A DNA stretch of 34,137 nt, from contig MEDY01000326.1 in assembly GCA_001724265.1 (NCBI GenBank), positions 1 through 34,137 on the forward strand, in the 5' to 3' direction. The first letter of the stretch is position 1. Each line of letters opens with the position of its first letter. The position numbers and the translations under genes are program-made. A model generated the notes under the pieces. The model saw only the letters and a list, made by a program, of their open reading frames with translations. It did no database searches and had not been told where the DNA came from. Positions 11,201-20,200 of the stretch are shown piece by piece. The DNA is from Rhizaria sp. SCN 62-66. Taxonomy: Eukaryota.

Positions 11201-14200
11201 GCTCTGGCGCTTAACGCAGCCCCGGCGCCGGCGCCGACCTCAGCGATGCTGGCGTGCGTGAGCCCGCTGAGCTGCGGCCGCATCGCCGACAGCACCACGG
11301 GCGCCACGCCCACCAGGCGCAGTTGGACCGACCTGGTCACCGGGACGACGTTGACCGAGGTCACGGCAGAAGAAGTGAACCGCACCCAGTCTTGCGTGTA
11401 CAGTTCCGACGACGCGCACACGTAGCCGCCCGCGGCGACGTGCGAGCCGCGGGAAAAGCCGCGGATCACGCGCGGCGCGCCCACATCGGCCTCAACGCCG
11501 AACCGCGCGCTAGGGACAAACTCGGCCTGCTGCTGCTGGCTCGACTTCGCAGGCTTGATGGTGGTGGTGTCAGGTGCGGATGCGAGCAAGAGCGGGACGC
11601 CGATGCCGTACGCAATGTCGTCCATGGCGAACGCAAGCGCCGCGCCGACTACAGGCGCTACCAGCGCCGACGCAGACAGCGCGGACACGTTCGGAGCCAC
11701 ATTGCTCTTGGAGGCATCAGCGACATCGCTCGTGCCATGTGCGCGCGCAGTCCAGTGCGCGGGCGCGGCATACTGCAGCGCGCGCGCGGCGGCGTCGCCG
11801 GCGGTGAGCGGCATGAACTCGTACACAGCCTCTGCAAACCCGCCGCCGGAGCCACGCGGGGCGAGCGTCGGCGCCGGGGCCGCGTTGACGATGGCCACCA
11901 CAGCGGGCGCGCGCGAGACGGCGGCCGCGGCGGCAGTGGGCCGCGCGTCAAGCCCCGCGAGCAGGGCGCGCAGCACACGCGCTGCGGCACCGTCTGCACT
12001 GGCAGTCGCGCTCGCAGCGTGTTTACGGCTGTGGCGCGGCGTGGGGATAGGCCCCGCGGGGACGGCGTCGCGGTACAACGCGCGCGCCCCGGCCCACTGC
12101 GTGACGGCCACGGCCTTGCCCAGCTGGTTCGACACGGCACCCCACAGCCGGGCAGCAGACACGGCGCTCGCAGCGCCATTCTCGCCCAGCGTCTGCTCGT
12201 GCTCAGCGAAGTGCACGGCGCGCGCCACGCTCGCGGCGACACGGACGGTCATCGCGTCAAGCGCCTTTTCGGCCTTGACGCCCGCGCTGCTGCCGTCAGC
12301 GTCACCGCTGTTGTTGTTGCTGAGTTCGTTGGCGTGGAGACGGGCGATGGCGCTGCGCAGCGCGGGGAGGCAGCGCGCATACCTGCGCGCGGCCGCAAGC
12401 CGCATCAGGTCGCCGCCGATGTCGACCACTTTCTCGTACGCGGCGTTCGCGACGCTGTTGCTGACGTTGAGGCCCGTTTCGGAGTCGTCTTCGCGGAGCG
12501 CGCGCAACCCCAGCATGCCGTCGGCGATGTGCGTGATGACGCTGAACCCGGCGGGCGAGGGCAGCACACGCGGGCGCGCGCCCAACTCCAGCGCGGGCGC
12601 CAGCACCCACGCGCCCGGCGGCCACCGCAGCGGCGACCAGGACCAGGACGAGCGGAAGATGCCGTGCGCACGTAGGTGCAGCGTGCGCGCCGTCCGCACC
12701 GCGCGTTCGCGCTCTTCCGCGCTCACGCCGCCGTCTGCGGCAACCGCAGCCGCGCCGGAGGGCAGCAGCGCGAGCGCGAGCGAGTTCGCCGAGGTCGCGG
12801 TCACCGGGGGCGCCACGACGGCCGCGGAGGATAGCAGCGCATGCAACAGCGCCGTGTAGCGCTCGCCGACCGTGGGCGCGCGCACGGAGCCGCGCGCATG
12901 CACCGCCGAGGTGGCCACTTCGGCCAGAGCGGCCGCGGGGTTCACGAGCGCGTGCTGTGCCACAGATACACTGCTGCGGTCAGCGGCAGCCATCATCTTA
13001 TCGTCAGTCGCTTTCTTGCTGCTCAAGTCGTTGCTGGAGGCGGTGACGTCGACGACGTCGCCGGTCTCCGCGGCGGCGACCGTGGCGGTGTCGAAGGCGG
13101 GAAGCGCGCGCACCGCGCCGGCGACGGGCGGCGGGATGTGCGCCGTTGCCCAGCGGTACGAGTCTGTGAAGACGGCCTCGGCGCGCGTGCAGTGGTGCGC
13201 GAACACGCTCAGCCGCGCCGGCACGCGCGCCGCCTTGAGGCCACGCCTCTTAGCGGCGGTGCCACGGCGCTTGCGTCCGCTGCCACGGCGCGCGGTGCCC
13301 CTGTCGCTGCCGCTGTCGCTGCCGCAGTGGCTGCCCAGCGCGGGGTCCTGCGGGTCGCGCGCGCGGCCCCAGACGCGATGCAGCCTTGCCAGTGCACGCG
13401 CAGACGGCCGCAGTGCGGGCTCTACGGCCAGCCGCAGCGCCCCCGCAGCGCCCGTCGCTGCCGACGCCGACAAAGACGGCGGGCTTACGAAGGAGCGTAG
13501 AAGAGCAATACTCTTGGAGTCGGCTGTATTGCTGGCTTTGCCCTTACTGTTCTTGTCGGTCTCCATGCTCAGGGCGACAAGGTCGGCAGCGCTGAGCACG
13601 GGACGCGCGCTGTACGCCACGTAGTGCGGGTCGCCGTCGTCATCGTCATCATCGCTGTCAGCATTACCGTCGTTGCCGTCGTCATCGCTGCGCGCGTCGA
13701 GCTCGAAGTCTGCGGCGGCCTCAGCGGCACACGCGGCGAGCGCGGCGGCGCGCGCGCGTTGGACGAGCGCTGACAGCTCCCTCTCCGAGTAGCGGTAGAG
13801 CAAGAACTGCTCGGCGGGCGGGCAGCCGCAGAGCTCGGCGGCGTGGTACAGGCAGGCGAGCTTGCCGGGCGAGCAGGCGCAGCGCACGGCGGCGACGTGC
13901 ACGGCGGCCTTGCAGATGGCGCATTGGTCGTCGTTGAAGCCGTACAGCGCCGTCGCGCCGGGCGCCATCTTGGTCAGCGCGGTCGCCAGGTGGATGTCCG
14001 CGTTGCCGTGCTGGTCGCCCGCGTAGGCGAGCGCGACGCCCGTGGTGCTGGCCAGCGCCGATGGCGAGACCAGCAGCGGGCCAGGGCCCCCAGAGCCCGA
14101 GGGTGCGAGCTCCAGCGAAAGTGCGAGCGAGGTCGCCGACGCGGGGCTCTTGGGCCAGCGGCCGCCGCCCTTGGCGGGCTTGGCGCAGCCGCCTCCCGCA

Positions 14201-17200
14201 GTCGGGCTCGCGCCGAGGCTCTTGCCTTGGTTGTCCACGGGGCTAGTCTTATTGCTGAACGCACTGAGCGCGCTTGAGAGTTTGTTGGTACCGCCAGTGA
14301 GCTTGTTGTCATTGTCATAGACATCCGTGATTTGAGGATTGGTGTTGTCGTCGTCGTCATCGTCAGAGAGCGTGAGGTCGACGCTGCTGAAGCTCGTCAT
14401 GTTGAAGGAGCTCGGACCGCGGCGCGTAGCGTCACCGACGCTGTCACCGCGCAGCGCGGCTGCGGCGGCTGCGACGCGGGCCGCGGCGTCGCGCACCGCG
14501 TCGTCGTCGCGCTGCGCGGCCTCGGCGCAGGCCGTAAGCGCGGCGGGCACGGCTGTGACTGAGACGGTGACGGCGGCGTCGCTGACAGTGGCGAGCGTCT
14601 CCATGTCGTCGACGATGCCGTACACGGGCGCGGCCGTGCCGTCGCCACCGCTGCCGCCGCTGCCGCCGCCGCCACCCATTTTGCCCACGGCCTTCTTGCC
14701 GGTGACCGAGACGACGGGGACGACGCCGGCGACGCCGCCCATCTTGCCCCCGGTCATGCCCATTCCGGCCGCCATCCCGGCGGGCACGCCGACGCTGCCC
14801 ATCTTGCCCATTTTGCCGCCAGGAGCCACGGTCACGCCACTGTCGGCCCCGGTCGCGCCGGGCTCGGCCTCAGGGGCCTGCGGCGCGGGCGGCACGAGGT
14901 GCCCGTTGACCGCCACGCCGGCCGCCAAGTGCAGCGACGGCGCGAGGAGTGTGGTCGCCGTGGCCAGCGGGGCGGCGACCACGACGCCCGGCGCGGCGAG
15001 CGTGCTGGCGACCTGCGCGGCGCGCGCCGTGTCCTGCGTCTGCAGCGCTTCGTTCCATGCGCGCGTGGCCTCCTCGGCGAGAGCGGCGTCGTCGGCCAGG
15101 CCACGGGCCGCCAACTGTGACGCCGCATGGGACGCCGTAGCGAGGTTCTCCATTAGCGCGAGACGCACGCCGCGGTGGCGCTCCGTCTGGCGCCGCTGCG
15201 CCGCGGCCTCGTGCAGCGCCTCGACGCGCGCCGCAGCTGTCGACAGCCCGCGCAGGCGCGCCGCGTTGACAGCGGCGGCGACGCCGGGCGTCCCGGAGTC
15301 CGCGGCCTCGGTCTCGGCTGCTTCGGCCGCGGCTGCGGCGGCAAGTTCCGGGATGGCCGACAGCGAGGGCGAGAAGTTGGCCGCCGCGGCGCATGCGGTC
15401 ACGGTCGCCTCGGAGCGCAGCAGCGGGAGCCGTGAGAGACAGAGCTCCATCGCAGACAGCGCGCCTAGGCGTGCGTCGCCGTTGGAGTTGGCATGTGCGC
15501 TAGCGCTGTTCGTGGAACTCATCGCGGTCAGGTTGCCGGCACCGCCGTTGCCGTTGCTGCCTGAGCCGAGCGAGGCGGATAGCAGCGCGAGCGCGAGCGG
15601 GCGCGCAACGGGTTTGGTAGCGACCTGCGACGCGCGCGCGGTGAGCGCGCTCTGCGTGAGTGGGACGCCAGCCGGCACCGACGCCAGCGTGGCCTCGACC
15701 GACGCGCTGTCCGACAGAGGCCTGCGCGGCCGCCCGCGCTTGGTTCGACGCTTCTGCGGGCCTCCAGAGGAAGATGCAGATGCGGACCCGGACGAGGGCG
15801 AGGCGGCGACGGCGGCGGCGGTGCTGAGGTCCACGAGCAGCAGTGCGCGCGCAAAGTCGGACCCGCTGAGCGGCGTCGGTCCGCGCTGCAGTCGCATCAG
15901 TTGCTCCTGCATGTCCAGCCGCATCCGGTGCGTGCGGGCCTGCACCGCGCTCGGCGCCGTGGGCTGCTGCATCAGCAGCTCCTGCTCTTGCTGCAGCAGC
16001 TGCTCCTGCGACTGCGCTTCCAGAATCGCCTTCCTGTTCTGACGGCCCGCGCCCGCGCCCGCGCCTGCGCTGGCGCAGAAGGCCGTTGGGTCCGTGTGCA
16101 GCGTCGGCGCCGGCGGCGGCGGCGGCAGGTGCACTGCGCGCAGCACTTCGGCGCGGTAGCACGGAAGCTCCATGGGCGTCGTTGCCAGCGCGGCGGCGGC
16201 GGCGGCGCGCTCGGCCTCGGCGCCCGCGCTCGCGCCCGCCTGCAGCGCCCTCGCGGCGGCCGCGGCGACCGCGCGCGTGGCGCCCTCGACGGCTGCGCGC
16301 GCGGCCGGATCCGCTAGCAGCGCGTCGAAGCTCGACACGCCCGTGCCGCCGATTGCGGCGGCCGCGGTCGCGGCAGAGATGTCAGGCTGGGCCATCCCGA
16401 CCGTGGGGTTGGAGCTGGTCAGCGCGGCTGTGGCGGCGTCGCCCAGCGCGGCCGAAACAAGTGGGTGGCGAAACACGTGCGTGGTCGCGGCGCCGACCGC
16501 GACTGCGGTGGCAGCGGCGCGGCGCACCGCCTCTGCGACCGGCGGCGGCGCTGCGCGGGTCATCACGCGGTCGTCACCGGCGACGCGCGCCGAGACGTCA
16601 TGCGCGAGCGCGTCGGCCAGCGCGCGCGCGTCCGCGGCGGCGTCGTGCGCGGCGTCGCGTGCCCAGGGCAGCGACTCGCGCATGCCGGCCTTAAGCAGGT
16701 GCCGGCGCAGCGCGCGCTGGTGCGCGAACACACGGCGCACGCAGACGTACACGGCGCAGAGTGACTCGGCGGGGAGACCAGAGAGGTCGGCGCCCGCCGC
16801 AATGTGACAGACGAGGCGGTCGTGCGAGAAAACCGGGGCGCGGCGGAAGAAGGCGTATTTCTCGACCATGCGAAGACCGTACGGCAGCCATTCGAGCGGC
16901 GCGAAGTTGACTGACTCGGCAATGTTAAAGCCGTGGTTGAAGCCCGCGTGGTACGCCTGCGGGAACGTGACGACGATTTCACCGGGGTAGTGAATCACCT
17001 GGTGCACGAGCGACCGTGGCGGGTAAAAAGCGGACGCGAAGCGCGCGCGCACGGCCCGCGGCGGCAGCGCAGTGCCGGACGAGGACTGGGCGGCACGGGT
17101 CGGCGCCGTGGGTAGCGAGTCGCCGAACACGTCGTCGGCGCTGCGACGAGGCTTCTCCTCACGCTTGCTCTTCTTGCCCTCGTTCTTAAGCTTGCGGGCA

Positions 17201-20200
17201 CTCTTGCGCCCGCTCTTGTCTTCGCTCTTGGCGCTCTTGTGGCTACTTCCATGCTCGATCTTGCCGACGTGTTCACTCTTCGTATCATCGCGCAAATGGC
17301 CGTTGTCGCCGTAGCTGGCACTGTTGTAGCGCAGCTGCAGCGCGGGGTTCGAGTTGGGGTCGTTTCCGTCGCGCGCCGTGTCCATGGTGCCCAGCGCGTC
17401 GAGCGCGTGCGCCGCGGCGACGACGCCAGACCGCGCAACGCGGGCCGCCACACCGGGGCTCAGCACCGCGGCCAAGAGCAAGTATATGTTTGTGCCGCGG
17501 GGGAATTCGTGCGCGAAGGACGACAGCGGACCGCTCTCGCCCAGACCGTTGCCGCTGACCGATTTTTCCTCGGAAGCATTCTTGGCCGCAGTCGCGACAA
17601 CAACAGTGTCCGTCGCGCTAGACGCCTGAGTAGCGGAAGACTTGGCCGCGGCCGACTTAGAGCGAGAGGATGCACTGCGCACAGACGCGCTTGCACTTGC
17701 AGCGCTGGCGTCGTTGTCCGTCATCTGCTCTTGCTTCACAGTAGCCCCAGCATCACCGTCGTCGCTATCCTCGCTCTCAGGGTCCGAGTCCGAGTCAGCG
17801 TCTGATTTGTCGTCGTCACTGCCGTCCGGGTCCTCATCATCGCGCCACTTGTCGAGCACGCGGCGCGCGATGTCGGCGTACTCCTGCCGTAGCTCGGGCT
17901 CTCCGTCGGGCACGGCCCCGGCGCCGCGCGCGCCCTCGGCGGCCCACAGTGCCGGGTCCGTCAGCAGCGCTGGGTCGACCATAGTGACGAGCTGGAACAG
18001 CAAGTCCGGCTGCTGAGCGATCATTCCGGCCAGCGACACCGTGCAGCGCTCTTCGAGCACGCGCGCGCCCTCGGCCGACAGCGCGTACCAGTGCTTCGGC
18101 GCGCCGCAGTGCAGGTAGTTGAGCGCGTTGCAGTTATGGTCCTCGATGTGCCACGCGAAGGTGGAGAACATCATGCCCACGTAGTACCACGGGACCGTGA
18201 TGCCGCCGACCATCTTGGAGCTGAGGTGCCGCAGCGCAGACGCGCTGTTTAGCCCGATGTTCCGCGGGTTGAACCGCGCCTGTCGGTAGACAGGAAGATC
18301 CGGCAACACGCTGCCCACGACGTCGGAGTCGACGTCCGAGCCGTACTCGATGTTCAGCGGGCCCGTGTGGCCTGCCGCGCGCGACTTGTTCAGCAGCGCC
18401 CAGAAGGCCGAGGCCGTGTCCAGCGGGCTCACGCGCAGGTTCGCGAAGAGAGACAGCGCAGAGAGATACGCTGCCGACTGCGCGGTCGTTTCAGGCGTGA
18501 CTGGAGCGTTGTTGTCATCATCATCGTCGTCACTGCAATTGTCGTTTGCGCCGTCGACCATTGCACTGTTACGGCCAGATTTGACTGCAGCTGGGGGCAC
18601 AGGATAGTACACATCGCCGCACGTCGCGGGCAGCGCCGCCACCGGCATCACGTTTTTCGCGTTACCCTTGTTCTGACTGTTGCGCTTGCTTCGCTGCGCT
18701 GCGTTATCGGTGTGCACGCGGTAGCGCCAGTCGTGCTCGATCACGTCGCGCTCGCCCTCCGAGAGCACCGAGCGGTCCGCCGAGCCGAAGGTCCAGAGCG
18801 CTTCGAGCGACGGCAGGCCCGAGTCGTCGTCGCCGGCCTGCGCGTAGTTGCCCGCGCCCGCGCCGGGCACCGCCGCGCCGGCCCGCAGCGCCGCCTTGAC
18901 CGCAGCCGGTGCGCGCGGCGCAGCAAGTCCCAGCGCGGCCGCCACGCCCGGCGATGTGACGGCGGCCGCGGTGTGCGCGCCCTCGCGGCCCAGGTAGTGG
19001 TGGATGGACCCGCCGAGGATCGCGCCGAGCGGGGTCCGCGGCAGCGGCGTCGGCAGCGCGTGCGCAGGAGACTCCAGGCCCCACATCGGCTGCGGCGCGA
19101 CGCGCGGTGGCCTCGGCCGCGCGGCACCAGGCACAGGCGCAGGAGCTGGAGCAGCAGCCGTTAAAGCGGCATTGGCAGTCGCAGTGGCGGCGGCTGTAGC
19201 GGCGGCGGATGACGCGGACGCGCAGTCATGCATCGCAGCGCCCTCAATCTTGTTGCTGCTGCCGTAGCTGCTGCAACCATCGTTATTGTTGTTACTCTCG
19301 GTCTTAGCCGCGGCCTTGGCAGCGGCGACCACGGAGGCGTGCTCGGCGCCGGCGCGCGCGTGGGCGACCGTGGCCGGCGAGCAGAGAAAGGGCGTGAACG
19401 AGCTGTACGCCGGGTGAAACGGGCTCAGCCCGCCCCAGGCAGGCGTCCAGCCGTCCAGCTCAGCTGAAACAACAGCATCGCTCCCATTGCCACCCGCTCT
19501 CATTCTCGCACTCGCGGAGCTCGCGCCGGAGCTAAAGCTGGCGCTGGCGCTGGCGCTCGAGTTGTTACTGTTTGCGTTTGTATTCGCGTTTGTGGTGGCG
19601 TCGGCGCCGGCGTCAGCGAGGACGTGGCCGGGCACTGCGGCGCGACTGGCCGCGACACTCGCAGCCGCCCAGGAGCGGAGCACCGCACTGCTCTCGCTTT
19701 CGCGCGGCACCGGCGGCACGCCCGGGGCCGGCACAGCGCCGCCGCCGCTTTCTCCCTGTTGCTGCTGTTGCTGCCGCAGCTGCTCCTGCTGCTGGCTGTG
19801 CGCGAGCGAGAGCAGCCGCGCCACCGCGGGCTTGCGCAGGTCGTGTTGCGCGAGCAGACCAAGCCGGCGGCGCTCGGCAAGCTCTGACGCCACGAGGTTG
19901 CGCTGGCGGCGGCCGAGCGTGGCGAAGAACTCGGCCGACACGTGCTCCTCGCGCTCCGCACTCGCCACGCCACTGGCGGCCACGAGCGCGCGCGGACGGA
20001 CCAGGTGCGGGGGCAGCGGCACGGCGAGGCGACCCGTCGTCATGCGGAGCTTCGTGTGCCAGTCAAAGCGGAACTTGTCGGCGTGGCGCTGATACGCGCG
20101 CAGGGAAAAGACGCGTCCGGCGTTGTAGCCGAAAGACCGCTGCTGCGCATCGACGCAGGCCTGGCAGAACCACGTGGGCGTGGTAGGCATTGCGTGCAGC

